In this document: piece after piece, positions 1 through 13,379 of the stretch
Layout: each line of letters starts with the position of its first letter
Numbering within the stretch: the stretch's first letter is position 1
NCBI GenBank assembly: GCA_965178125.1
Contig: OZ237762.1
Location: 434,001 to 498,000 of the forward strand
Origin: Bilabrum cf. latius
Lineage: Eukaryota
Direction of reading: 5' to 3'
Length of the DNA: 64,000 bases
Notes under the pieces: generated by a model
Database searches by the model: none
Told to the model about the DNA's origin: nothing
What the model saw: only the letters and a program-made list of their open reading frames with translations
Position numbers and translations under genes: made by a program

Positions 1-3000
1 CTGCACGGCAACACCAGTGGCGGACTGTTCCCCGAGCTTGGATGCGCGCCCGCTTGCGCCTGCAAGATCCGTTGAATCCGCGCTCTGACCGTGCTCATCG
101 TCTTCGATGGACGCTTCCAAAATCTTGTCATCTTCCAAAGAGGAGTCGACAAACTCACGGGAGGCACCGCCGCCGCCGCCGCGGTTACCGTGCGATCCCA
201 TCGGTGTGCGTGACCCTAGTCCCGCAGGCTGCGAGTTCTGCCTCCCGAACCCGTGCGTCTGCAGCCGCAGCCTCCTCGTGGCGGCCTAATATTTCTGATA
301 GTACTAAGCAAATGCACTTGCGGCATTGGATGCCTCGACGGCGTGGTCCGCATAGCTGGCCGCAAGCGGCTCCATGGCGGGGTCTCCGGGTGCCCTGCCC
401 TCAGGGCCAAAAGGACCCGACAGCTCCGTGATGGCAGGTACCGCTTCCGCAAACGCCCTGCCGCAGTAGCCCTTCAAGGCGCTTGTGATTCCATGCCTTG
501 ACTGCACCAACCTAGTGAGACCTCGCACACACCTCCGCAAGATCCACGACGCAAACAGGAGGCTAGAAGAGTCCAGATCCGAACTGGCTGTGGCTTGGGT
601 AGGAACAGCAGCGTCAGCCTCAAAGTCTCCACTCCCGTACGATTCGGCGTCCTAGTCTTCGCTTGCTACGCTTGACTTGGAGTGCTTGCGCTGCTTTCGC
701 TCTACATCCGCTCTCGAAGAAGCCTTGTGCGCATTGAGCAGGGCGACGTAGCACAGACGGATGGCATCGCAGAACATATGCGTGACCCCATCTGCACTCA
801 GCTTGTTGAGCGCTACCGCCTGTCGAGTAAGAGGTTCTGCGATCCTCGCAGCTGCAACGCACTGCAAGCGGGGACCCAGCCAAAACCACGATCCACGCAA
901 GTCGTTCACAACGCTTGAAGCCAGCAGGGCCCTCCGCCCTGCGCCTGGATCACAGGCGATGTTGGCCAGCGCCTGCACGGCGCAGGTTGACACGAATGCA
1001 TCACGAGCGATGGTGCGCCTGCTCGGGCTGACGCCCTAGGCCTCTTCGTCTATCGAGACCGGTCGCAAGAGCCCAAGAATCGCAGGCACGCCCATGCCTC
1101 GGGCCAGAACGGGTCGATTACTGGGAGATGTGCTGAGGTTATAGAGAGTGGTGGCCAGCAGGCACCTCATGCTGCCCTGTGCGCGACGGGAAAGGTCTGC
1201 CAGGGCGAGCACGACGGGCGAGTCGAGCGCAGAGGCAGCCAACTCTGCCTCGCTGGCGACATCGGCAGCAGGCGTACCATCTGGCAAGCAAGTCAGCTGG
1301 ATGCCAGTCATGGCGGCCACATTGGCAAGCACTGACGGAAGCGGCTACTGGATGGAAGAGAGGTTGGCCAAGGCCTCGGCGCATTCGTGCCTCGTGCGCG
1401 GGCTGTCCGAGTCCTTCACAACCCTAACGAGTGCGTCCAACGCACCCTCTGCCAGTATGCGAGGCCTGTTCTCCGCCTGTCGACTGAGGTCCCGGATGGC
1501 CCTGGCACATTCCTGCCTCAGTGATCTTTGCATGAGCTTGGTCGCGAATCGCTCGTCAAGCACTGGCCCGCCCCAGCCGAAGCTGCGCCTGCTTGATCGG
1601 ATCTTCCTACCACTCGGGCCCACCTATGACGGCCTGCGGATTGGCTCTCCGTCCCTCACAAATGTAAGAATATCTCGCTCGCTGGAGCCGGGGATGATGC
1701 CCGAAGACCTCTTCTTCGTCAAGCCTCGCCTGGGAGCGTCAGTGGAGAATACTTGCGTCCCTGGTGCTGCGGGCTCGTTCTCCTGCGCCTTTGCGTAGTA
1801 TTCCATCGCAATGTGCTCGAATTCGGCCTAGCCGTCATCAGCCATGCCGGTGGGTATGTCCAGTCCCACGATGCTGTCCTTGCTATCTTTACTGCCTGCT
1901 CTTGACCTCTGGGCGTACGAAGAACGGCTAGCCGGTCGGTCAAATAGGGAACGTTTCGAGTCTTTCCTCATGGAATGCCTGCCTCGACTGCTGCTACCAT
2001 CACCCTCAAAGAACTTCAGCTCGTCATTCTACTGGCTCTGAGCCCTCTCTAGCGCGGCATCAATGACGTGTGCGTGGGTAGCTTCGCTCTCACCAGCGAT
2101 CCCCACCGCATCGTCAGCTGTACCAGCGTCATCATCGCGGCTCTCTGCCGATCCTGCTCCCACTGATCGTGCCGAGTTGTAGGCACTCTCAGCCAGATTT
2201 CCACCCCGCTCCACGTTTGCGCCCACTGTGCGAGCCTTCCTTGCGTGCGCCTTACTCTTGCGCTTGCTCTTGGATTCGCGATCCGGTGTGGAGCTGCCGG
2301 TGCTGTTGGAAGGAGACACGGGAGCGCGACTTCGCATGCGAAAGCTCTTGCTCTTTTTCATGCTGCTGCCCATCCCCGGGATGATACCATCGAACGCGCC
2401 GGTTCCCTCCGGCTTCCTGGACCCGCTCGTACTGGTCGACTTGCGGTCAAATTCAGAGTCCGAGTCGCCATCGATGGAAGATTCGTCTGTATCCGTTCCA
2501 CTCAGATCCACCCGGCTGCTGGCGTCGGAGTCGTTGCCGCGCAGTCCCGACAGGTCTCCCGGCTTTTTCGCCCGAGAAGATTCGCTTGCGGAGTCAGAGT
2601 AGTTGCTGTACGCATCCGGAACTAGCATCTCGCTCCCTAACCGCTGCCCAGGCTTGAAGGTTTTAATATTCTCCTTGGAGTTTTTGCGGGCAGCTTCATG
2701 CTCGGCCTCTTCTCCGTACACTGCCTGCCCCCCGGCCTGAGCCAGTAGCACCTTCATGGTGTTCTCGTCCTACTCATCGGTCAGTTCCACACCCATTTGC
2801 TGCAGATGGTCCTGAAGACGGCCAAGCATACCGTCACCCTGCTACTCAAGGTGCCCGCTGGAAGCATCCGAGCTAAGCATGCTGGACATGGACGGCTGTT
2901 CGATTCCCACGGACACCTTGGGCCCGATGCCGCGCACCCGTGGCACTGCGGGCGCAGAAGAGGGCGGCTTCCGCTGACCGGCCGCCCCCTACCCTTTCTT

Positions 3001-5244
3001 GTGTGTCTTCATCCAGTCCGCCCTCTTGTACTCCGGAACCATTCCCTGATCAAAGTCGCTCATGCGAGTGCCGGGCAGCCTCGAAGTATCCACCCCGACG
3101 CTGCCCCTTCGCTGGCCCGGTTTACCGTCGCGCGAGCCTTGCTACAGCCCAGGCAGCAGCTCGCTGGACCGACCCAGGAAATCGCGGTAGTTTACCGGCT
3201 TCTCCGGTGCCTGGGAATCGGTGCCGCCGTGTGGTTGGTGGTCTAGATCGACCAGATCAGCGTCCGTGCCGCCGATCGAGGACACTGACGAGTGGCGGTC
3301 CGGGATAGACTCGATGCTTCGCTCAGGTGCCAGGGCATCAGGTGGGGCATCCATGAGTTGCCCCAGGCCAGCATGATGGACCGGAGCGGTTCCAGACCGG
3401 CCTTGGTGCCTGCCTTCCACCTGGACCCTCCTGCCAGAACGACCACGACCACCACCCCTGTGCGACTGGCTGCTCTTGAGAGCTTCACCGCGCGCATCTC
3501 GTCGCAGGCTATCCAGCTCGCCCACAGACTGCCTGCGGCCTGCAGCCGTGTAAAATTCCTCCATTGAGCGATGGTTTGACTCCGCTTCGTAGTCGGCTCC
3601 GCCCCTAGAGCGCTGCCTACGGCTATCACGGACCTGCGGGGAACCAGGACTGCCTGAAGCAGACGGCTGCACCCCGGCAATCGACTGCCGCCGGGCTACC
3701 TGAACAGCCTCCTCTTGCTTGGCCGCAGAGTCCATCGCGCCCAAGAGTACCTGCGCCTGCTGCTACTCGGCGCTCGGTATCCGAATGCGCTCCAGTAGCT
3801 TCTGCCTCGCCAGCGTCTCTTCGGGGGCCTCATCATCGTCCCCCGCATTTTCTAGCTCACGCTCGTAGAAATGCTGCAGGACAAAGGAAGCGCGCCGCCC
3901 GTACTTGCGCTGAAACCTCCTCCTTGCATTATCACTGCCATGCTCCGCCCGTAGGAATTCCTCCAGCATGGCACCCGTCCTGTCCCTCGCTGCGACCCGC
4001 TCGCCTTTGGTTTGTCTCTCCCTCTGCATTTCGGGGGATGGCAGCCCGCGCCGAGACAGGAATACGAGACTGGAACTGTATTCACCCCTCGTCCCAAAGA
4101 GATCACCGCTGTACCGCGGGAGCGCCTCCCTGAGTGCAGACACCCCCTTGTGTCTCAGCGCCGAAACAAGCTCGGGGGGAAGCCTGACCTCGCCGCCGGC
4201 CCCACGCATGTCGTCGCCAGGAAACTCTCCAGGCACTCCAGAGGGGCTCCCAAGGTAGTTGAGGTGCCCTTGATCCCTCTGAAATACATCAGGGGATTGG
4301 GGGAGACCGCGCGACTGCGGCGGGCCGCCTGTTCCTCGCGGTGTTGCGCGGCGCCCCTCGGGCCCCAACAGGCTGGCTGCGGAACCTGATTTCTGGTCTT
4401 GCAACTGGCTATCTTGGGCCCCACCCGCCATGCCCGCGGCCACCTGCATGGCCGGGTCCTTGATTCGAGTGCTCGCCCGCCTCTGCTCACTTGCTGTATG
4501 GCCGCCTGGTTGTGCCACGTGCAGCGCGATGCCTTTGCCCAGTCGCATCGGGCTAAGCAAGCTCCCACTGCTGGCGGCATGCGGGTCATCGGCCTCGTCA
4601 CGGACCTTGCCTGCGGGTGCTGTGGCCCTGCCGGCTGGTACGGCTCGCGCATCTGCTGCGGGAGGCCGAGCATCGCCACCCAACGCGATCTATATGCCGC
4701 CCTTTGCCCTCGGACCCACGGGCCCAATATCGATGCTACGCTGCGAAAGCCACTGCTGCCTGATCGCTTCCCACTCCCCGACGTGAAAGGCGAGGATCCT
4801 CGCAAGGGAACCCCGGGTGCTGTACTTTGCCCAGAAAGCCGCTGGCTCAGATTCGCTGAGCTGCAGCCGCCACTTCCGAGCAAGCTGCATTAAGTCTTCC
4901 TTAGATATCAATGAGACAAGCGCGTCTTCTGACGCTGCTTGCATGTCTCTCGCCCTGTCACGAGATACTACCTACTCGCGAATCATGTGTGGCAGCATTG
5001 ACGCAACAAGCTTGCGGTCTTGCATTTCCCGAAGTTGCTGCGTCATAGATGTGATTTCTAAAGGCCTTTGCATTACCATTGCACAATTGAATCCATTTTC
5101 TGAGCAAGTTTGACGAGTAGCGTTCAGTCCAGCGGGCACCGAAACAAGAAACAACTAGCTCACCTTCTATATCTCAACCTCCGGCTAGCTGACTCGTCTC
5201 CTAGATTTTTTAGTATTTGAACTTTTCATATTGGAAGCGGCCAT
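1..5244 (-). CDS. Large armadillo (ARM)-repeat protein, 3' end runs off the window (>1,740 aa with TAG=Gln)
   Basis: Track ORFs 4972-5154, 4690-4944, 3763-4683, 3142-3744, 2029-2757, 1624-1806, 1345-1623, 1036-1332, 652-993 and 304-540 all share one frame. Each ends at TAG (e.g. 4972, 4690, 3763, 3142, 2770, 2029, 1624, 1345, 1036, 652, 304, 286). ARM-like segments include ECARAIRDLSRQAENRPRILAEGALDALV, ECAEALANLSS, LATTLYNLSTSPSNRPVL and CAVQALANIACDPGAGRRALL. Start is ATG 5244 or 5229. Confidence 0.8.
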
Positions 5245-5512
5245 ATCTGAAGCCGCCCAAGTTGTGCAGAAATCGATGCGTCTCTTGTTGATCAACGGAC
5301 ACGCCGAAGCGGTCGCAACCTTGCCTTCTTGCGGGGGGGATCGCTGGCCGACGTTGGTCGCCACAGCGGTGTATCCATTCGCCGGCTTGTTCCAAGCAGT
5401 TTGTCTGCTCTATTGTCTTGATTGTTAGCTCAACCTGCTATTTTCTGCATTAATTGGCTTGTTGCAAGGTAGTCCCAGCGAGTTGGATCAACAGTGTGCA
5501 GCCTGAGTTAGT

Positions 5513-8500
5513 ATGCCTCGGAAAAGTGTGAAGGCCGCTTCAAGTCGTAAGCGCAAGCGGCCCAACGATCTGCCGGCAGAGACAGGGAGCAAAAACCCTA
5601 GGGTCCAAGTTGCATGCGCAGCATGCCACAAACGAAAGGTAAGCCTGCAGTGAGATGATCGACATTTCACCGTCTGCAACGCAGTTCAGCTTGTTGAGAT
5701 GCCTGCCACTCCTGCCACATCTACTTGCGCAGATGAAATGCGACGGTGATGGACAGGGACCATGCTCATACTGTGTTAAGCACGGCATTCGTTGCGAATA
5801 CCTTGCTCCAAAGAAGAGAGGCCCGAAATCGGGAGAGATGGCAAGAATGCGAGACGAGATCAAGGAGCTTCGGGAGAGACTAGCCATGTTCGAGCAAGGG
5901 GTGCTACAGCCTGGCCAAACGCGTGGTCTCAACTCCGGAGGGTATGCCCCAACCGCGCTGGGAGGGCCGCGTGCCGCTGCAGCCGGAGATGTGGCGATGC
6001 GGCACTCCTCTGGCTCTCGCGCGCCTCAGGTGTTTCGCTTTGACCAGGCCTCCGGGGTATCATCGAGCGGATTGCCTGCGTCCGAATCTCCGGCAGTATC
6101 ACATCAAATACACCGTGGATCGGCCATGGGACCGCCGGTTATGGAGTCCGTGACGCCCCCGAACGCAGGCAAACCAGCACCTGGCGGAGCTTTGGCTCCC
6201 GGCTTGTTCGGCTAGGCAGCGGCTCGGCAGCAGCAGCAAGGTGGGCTTCAGGGAGCGGGCGGCATCACGAGCACGGGAAGCCATGCTTCGCTCGGCATGC
6301 AGGCCACCGGCCCACCGACTCCCACGTCGCTGGGTGCCCCCGCCCTGGGGTTTGGGGGGGCGCTGGGTGCAGTAGGGGGCTCCTCCTCCTAGGCCGACCC
6401 GCAGCTCTGGTCGCACCACATGCAGCCAGGCGAAGCTTAGGGGAGACATGCCCGGCTCGACCAGGTGCAGGGCGCTCACAGGGAACAAGGCCTGTCGCCC
6501 ACACTCGTCAGCGCAGCCGCGTTCATGATGAAGGAGGGCGAGACTCCCGGCGAGCAGGCGCAGCAGTCCAGTGGATCGGCTGGCATCAGCATTCACGCCC
6601 CTGATGGTGGCAGGCCTACCAAACGGTCCCGTGTGGAGACTCAGCGCTAGCACCAGGCCCGGCGCTCTAGCCGACTCGTGGGTGCGGGACACAGGCTGCA
6701 GACTGGCGCGCCGACGGCTGTGGCTAACCAAAACCCGTATGCGGATGCTTCGATGCTGCACACGCCCTCCAACGCGATCGGTATGGGTGCCAGTGCTGGC
6801 GCATCGTTGGATGCACGCCACCCGCCTGCATTCGCTCGGTGTCTGCATGAGGTGCGGCAGGGGCACGACATCACGTCGAGGACGCCTGCACTGGGCGACA
6901 GCGTGGCTCGCCTCGTGGCCCCGGCCTGCGATGCGGTGTCCGAAACGAGGTTTTACCGCCTGTTCCACATGTTCTTGAATACAATGCTTCCCATGGTAAG
7001 CAAGGAGACCATCTACTTGGTAGGTCTGCGCCTCTATCACTTCCAGCTGGTTGACCGAGTCACTGCAGATCTGCAGGGAGTACCATGCGTGCCGATTGGG
7101 TGCAGCGAGCTCGTGTTCGTGAACCGGGCAGGGGAGGTGTCGGGATCGGACGCCGGCAGGGTACCGATGGCTCGCACGACGCAGCCATCGCCGGCGCAGA
7201 TGGAGCGGGCCGCTGCACTGTTCGCCATGACTGGCAGGCAGCAGTTTAGCACGGGTGGAAGCAAGGCGGGACGGAGTGGCGATGCAGGGGCGGCCGCGTC
7301 ATCATCAATGGCTGCCTTGAGCAAAGTAGGTACGGTTGCATCGACAGCGATGGATGCCAATGCCCCGACACCCCAGGGTAGCAGCACGCCAGTGACTGGC
7401 CCTGCCACCGAGACGGCAGAGCTGCATAGCAGCAGCACCGCGACTGAGCTGTTGATGGCAGGTAGCTTCAGTGCCACTGCAGGAACGGACGAAGCAGTGG
7501 TTGCAGCCACGCTTGGCGTGGGTACTGAGCATGTGAAAGTGCTTACGGCATCGAATCATTCCCAGGGCTCGGGGGGCCCACCCAACGGGGCGGAGCAGCT
7601 CGCCGCCGTTGCGTTCGAAAGGACAAGGCACGACTACATCGCAACGCAGCTGGGCAAACGCAAGAGTGTCGCGCAGAATTTGGGTCCGCATGCTTCCTCC
7701 TCCTCCTTTTCGACGTCTTCATCGCCAGCGTCAACACCAGCGCCTGGGGGTGCCAGTGCCAACCGGCAGAGCCCACCATCCCCTGGCCTGGCCACAGCCA
7801 TGGGGTCCCATTTTGGGGTGCCTACGCAGGACTCGGTCAAGGCGTGCGAGTCGCTGGCCTGCCTCCTTGCGCAGGAAGCGGCCACGCTGCAAGGTAAGCG
7901 GAGGTGGAGGCCGCTCCCGCGAGACGTGATGGCCTGCATCGCCCTCAACAACGCCATCCTTGCCACGGGTGCTCGCATGGACGGCAAGACCAAGCTGGCA
8001 GATTTCTTCGCGGCCCGAGCCCGGGTGGCACTAGCAGCTTGCTTGGATCGGCCCAGCGAGATCTGTGTGAGTGCGCTGCTGTGCTTAGCGTACTACCTGA
8101 TGGGCGTTGCGGGCGACGGTGACACGAGCCAGGCCCGGCTTCTGATCGCGTTAGCGAATGAGATGGTAGACGTGCTAGTGAGCGGGACGTTCGCGAAATA
8201 GTCTCCTTCGAACGATGAGTCCAAGTCCAGCTCCGTGGCCGAGTTCCAGTCGATACCTCTTAGCCGCGCCTATTCGAGCATACCTCTTGATATCGTCCTG
8301 ACCGCCCGCTTCCTGGGACAGCTCAACACCGTGCCGAGAGGCAATCCACTGCAGCTGCGATCAGGCTCGTCCAAGGCGCAGCAAGCTCTGAGGTCCCCGC
8401 GCAGACGGGTGGGCACACTGCGCCGCATTATCTCAAAGGAATCCCATGCCTCTGCCGCTGACGAGGGCGAAGAGGACGAAGCCGACACGGATGCTGACGG

Positions 8501-10316
8501 CGACGCTGTCGATACTGCAGTAGTGCAAGCACAGTAGCACGCATAGCAATCGGAGACTTCTGACGGACCCACGGCTGCGCAGCCAAAGATGCATGGCTCG
8601 GTGGAGCCAAGCAGCGAGCATCCGGTGGAGACGGCTGCGTCAACCGCGCAGTCCGCTGAATCTGACTCGTCAGGCTCTGGGTCGACAGCCAAGTCCGACG
8701 AGCAGCAGGCACCGTCATCGGGTATCACCAACCCACGGGCGCAGGTCTCCCGCATCATCAACTACGTGACCCAATCCATCCGACGGAGGCGCTGGGAGGC
8801 CAAGCAATCGAGGCATAGTGCCGACGACCTGCTGCGCTACCTCTCTGCTGGTGAGGACATCGTGAACCGATACTCGGTGGCCAGCGTCATGAACTACACG
8901 GTGCTGGCGTCACTGTACACGCTGCGCTCTGTCGTATACTTGCAATGCAACGAGAAGGAGCAGGCCCTCGAGTACGCAGATAGGGCGGTCTCTGCCATGC
9001 TGCAGGAGAAGGTGCCGTACGTCAGCTACATGACCATGACCGTGTTCTCTAGGGTACTATAGGTACTGATTCCCTTCGGTGCACCAGAGAAGGTGGAGAA
9101 AGTGATGCAGCTGCTGTCTGCCACATCTGTAGTGTGGCCAGTCACTGGGATCTACCTGGTACGCGCGAGGAAGCGCATCGCACAGACCATGGCGATGCGT
9201 GCTGGAGGGTCGGGCCACGGCTCAACCGGCAGCAAGGGCACAGGCAAGGCTTCAGGCAAGAGCGCCAGCGAATCAAAGGAAGCCCCGGCAGCGACGTCCA
9301 GTTCCAGTGCGTCAAGTGCTGCAGCAGCAAGTGGAGCCAATGACTCCTCAAAAACCCCTGCGCAGACTTCCGGTGCTTCGAGTGAGCAAAGTGGGCAGCA
9401 GCTGGTGCGTAAGTCGCGCTACGGTGTCGATGGGGATTTGCCCGTTGTGGCCGCTGTGTCGTCCACGCATGCCCTCGGCTCCGATCCTCTGGAGGCGACG
9501 GGGCTGCTGCTGCCGTCGACGGCTCGCATCATGATGGTTGGAAACTCGGACGGAGTGCAGGCGGAGCCTGATTCTGCTCATGGTCTTCCTCCACACCTGT
9601 CTGGCTACAGCAGAGGAAGCACGGCACCATTGGGTGGGAGCGGCGTGGGGCTGCCTCGCAATGCCAGTCGGGCGGAGATACTCCAGATGGACCGCAGTCA
9701 GTCAGCATCGAGCGCTCAGTCCCTCACTGGCAATTTCACCCCCGCAGAGATGGGAAGCAGTGCGGCTGGTGGATCGACTGGTTTGATAGCACTGCAGTAG
9801 GCCATTGCTGGCATGCACGGAGGCCAGGATGACGCCGCTGGTGCGTCAGGTTCTGGCCCGGGCTTGGGGATATCCACACGGCCGGTGGCAGCGCGAGCCA
9901 CGCAGGGGAGCGGCAGCATTCAACACCCATAGCCTAGGTTTCGGGGTGCTGCTGGCTCCATGCCGGGGTCTTCGCTTATGCATGCAATGGGTGGAATGGG
10001 GATAGATCACGGACAGTGGTCTTCAAGGGGCTTCGTCCCGCGCACTAGAGACGGCGGTGATGATGGACCCGTGCTGGCGACGGCGTCGAGATCCGAAATG
10101 GGGCCGATTCGAAGCGATTCGGTGGAGTTCATGAGAATTGGAACGGCCGGTGGCATCGATGACGTGCAGCTGGAGGGCTTTCCGAATTTCAACGGAAGCG
10201 AACTGCTGCCCGACGACGGTGCCTTTCCGATCCCAGACAGTCCTGTGGCGCTGCCCGGTGACCTTGGAGCGATTGGCATGTACCCGTCCGATGATGAGTT
10301 CGAACCAGGATTGTGA
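5513..10316 (+). CDS. Zn(II)2Cys6 (GAL4-type zinc cluster) transcription factor, ~1,569 aa; exons 5513-5638 and 5733-10316
   Basis: Splicing rebuilds ACAACHKRK|MKCDGDGQGPCSYCVKHGIRC, a full six-Cys cluster, followed by KKRGPK and a coiled coil. The middle region (FHMFLNTMLPMV; NNAILATGARM...FFAARAR...VSALLCLAYY) resembles the zinc-cluster middle homology region. The frame is broken only by TAG (6213, 6390, 6438, 6648, 8199, 8535, 9060, 9798, 9930) and ends at TGA. Confidence 0.85.
5639..5732 (+). other. Spliceosomal intron, 94 nt, phase 0
   Basis: GTAAGC...TTGCGCAG; removal joins the two halves of the zinc cluster in frame. Confidence 0.9.
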
Positions 10317-10559
10317 CGTCGTTGTGCAACTGGTCTTGGCCTGGGGCTTGAATTGGCACACGCACGACCCCTCTGGTGTTTGGTCCGGAATGACCTACAA
10401 AGATCCTATCCTGGAAATCAATCCTAGTTTATATTTAATGATTTTTGAGTCTTGAATCTAGAATCTAAATTCTAGATATGTAAAAAGCTAAACGCACCTC
10501 GTAATTACCCGTAAGCAGCGCGCACATGGAGGTATTCAACCCATGGGAGCTTCTCCAGC

Positions 10560-13379
10560 TCAGTTCATCGCATGACGGACAGCTGCAGTCCGCATCCTCA
10601 CAATCTGTGCCCGTCGGCGAGCCATCCGCACCCCGTCCGCGAGGAGCAATGCCTTCGCGACGGTTTCTCTGTCTCCCACCAGCTGGCCCTCGATAGGCCC
10701 GTCGTACCAAGCGGGTCGGACACCCATTCGCTTGATGGCTCGCGTAGTGAGTTCCGGCATGTTGACCGGATTGTAGTCGCTGGGCATCTCTGCCACCTTG
10801 TACTCTTGCTTGGTATCGTGCAGCATCCGCATCAGTACTGGGTCCTCATCTTCCTGCATTGGAAACGCCAAGACTGTACTTAGGTTGGGCAAGACAAGCA
10901 CAGGGAAGCCGCGAAGCAGAGCCGCCGTGTAGAGCTCGAGCATGGCAACCCATGCCTCGGCGCGACGGGTGCACGCTGGGTAAGAGAACGGCCACGGCGT
11001 TTCCTGCGACTTTTGCCCCAGCGTGCACTCCGCATGGATTAGGAACAACTACGTCATCGGGCCGGCGACTAGTGCCCGCAGCAGCTTAATGACCATGTCA
11101 GCCATTGAAGGGTCGTCCGGAATATCAGCGGCCTACTCGCCTTCTTTGATGGTAGGCTGAATGGACAGTCCCTTGAGGATAGTGCGCATCTTGGCCCGCG
11201 GCATCCTCATCAGAAAGAGGGCAGCCAGCCTGCCCATCGGGATCAGCGCGTGGGGCATGCACCGCTTGTCGATGTCCTCGGACGCCAGATCCAGCAGCTC
11301 CTTGAGGTGCCGGTACCAGTCTGGAATCCAGGCCAATCGCACGATGTTGCCGTCGCGGACTCTTCGAGCCATCTCAGGCTCGCCGCATTCACTCAGCTTC
11401 TCCTTGCCAGCCTTGAGCCGCTTCTGCCACCGCACCATTCGGAAGGTGCAGTCAGACTGGTGGCCAAAGAGCAGCCGCATGCCGCGCATGAGGTCCTCGC
11501 CGGCGTGCCGATTGCGCAGCGTGCCAGCAGGGGCACTCATCCAGGGGCACTCGGCGAGCATAGCCGGGTCAAGCAACGGGATCCGACCTGTCATTTGCAC
11601 GTCGAACGCGCTGCACGACTCCTCATCCGCGACTGCAACGCCGTATTTGCACGTCCTGGAAGCGTAGTCAACTTCGCCTGCTGTATCCTCCATGTCTTCG
11701 TCGTGGTAGTCCGGCTGGACCTCTCCCGGCGTGGCTTCGATCGCCGTACTCGTGTTAAGAACTGAAGCTGCCTCCTTCGATGGCATGCTGGAGATCCTTT
11801 GAACTTTCACAGCCACCTGGCCCTCGATCGGGTCCTACCTCTCTCCTGCAAGTAAGCCGCGCAGGTGGGTGTCAAAGCCGTGGGCGAGAAACACGACTGG
11901 TCCGTCTATTCCAGACTTGGTCTCGGGTGGCAGCGGGGGCCTTCCGTGGCACCTGGCGGCAATGTGTGCCAGCGCGTGCACAAGGACAGTGTAGCTGTCA
12001 AGGAGCTCACTGCTCCACTGCATCAGTCGGATCTACCTCGGGCCCGGCTTCTCCAGAGATCTGCCGTCCTGCATCGAAGTAACTTTCATGGTGGCGCACT
12101 GCATCGCTGAGTAGACGGCTACCATTGAATTTCCTATGCGCGCGAAGTGGCTCTTCTCGTGCTGTTGTGGCCCTTTTGGATACGAATTGAGCATTGTGGC
12201 CAGGTGCCACTTCCTCCCCTCTTTGTCCCTGTGGTCAAATAGGCAGTCGGGCGCGTCACACACCCACGCGCTGAGGGCAGTGGAGGCTGCCGCGGCTAGC
12301 TCGATAGCGCAGTCGAACCCCACAGATTCCGCCATCGTGCGAGGTCTCTTCGGCGGCTTCACCTGCGACTAGACTTCTCTCAGCGCCTCGAATGCCCAGC
12401 TGCACAGCTTGTATGCCACGAGGAGTGCCTCCTTTTGTACGACGTACGGCACCTGTCTCTAGTGGATCTCGTCGTTCTCGTCGAAGCGATCCTGCGTCAC
12501 AAGGAAAGACTGCTTGTAGAAAGGAAGCATTGAGTTCACGAGCGGCCATGCTGCGCTGTGGAAAGCACCCAGCGGCTTGCCGTCGGGGCCCAGCGATAGT
12601 TTCGCGTTCTCGGCCTCGGGCGATCCGGCGGGCGGCTGGCTGGCCCACGGACAGACTGGTTCAGAGTAGCTGCCTCCTCCTGCCCCACTGGCAGCGGCGG
12701 CTGGCGAAGCACCTGTGCCAGACGCGGCTGTTCCTCCGGCCTCAGGCCGGTCGCCAGCTTCGCCGTCGGGCGCGGGAGGTTCGAATCCCTTCAGCGGAGT
12801 CCGGACCGTGCCCTGGCCGGCGGGTGACACGACGCGAACGGTAGCAGAGCCCGGTCCTTTTCCTCGTCGCCTGCCATATACGGAGTACTAAGGGCCTCCT
12901 ATGTAGCCGCCGATGAAGTTGCCGAATATCGCGAGAATCCGCAGCAGCTCAGACGCCAGCATGGCTGTTCCACAGCCGATCTATCCCTTTGCGACTCCGT
13001 ACGCAGCATCAGCCTCATCATAAAGTTTCTTCCAACATTGAATCTCTTCATCTGGAACGCGGGCATGGTCATGCGCACGCTCTGGAATGGCGCCATGCAC
13101 GGGAGGCTGGTTCACGTTGCTTCCTAGCCTGTATATACCGTACTGAATCGCACAAACCAGCTCATCGAAGAAGTAAATAGAGTTTCGTTCCCAAAGCTTC
13201 TCAGCTCCTGTTCCTCGGATGGCATCTTCCCACGCTTCCTCAGGATTGCCGGCCTGTAAAAATCCATCCTTTGATACGTCTGCGTTCGGCCAGATGCTTT
13301 GCTCGGCTAAGTTGCGAAAATGGAGGCATTTATTCCTAAACCCCGATGTCAGCCGTACCCGCTACCGTCTAGCTTCCAT
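10560..13379 (-). CDS. Hypothetical protein, ~940 aa (start uncertain; frame stays open to ~13960)
   Basis: ORFs 12459-12830, 12033-12362, 11835-12023, 11133-11816 and 10560-11048 share one frame joined by TAGs (13362 region, 12981, 12888, 12459, 12369, 12033, 11835, 11133, 11049). It ends at TGA 10560 and has globular-looking composition. No family recognised. Confidence 0.7.

Noticed and set aside
8526-8549. UAG as pyrrolysine, or as Trp through A-to-I editing
   Set aside because: TAGs are too frequent, occur in tandem and sit in Gln-rich disordered tracts where those residues are implausible.
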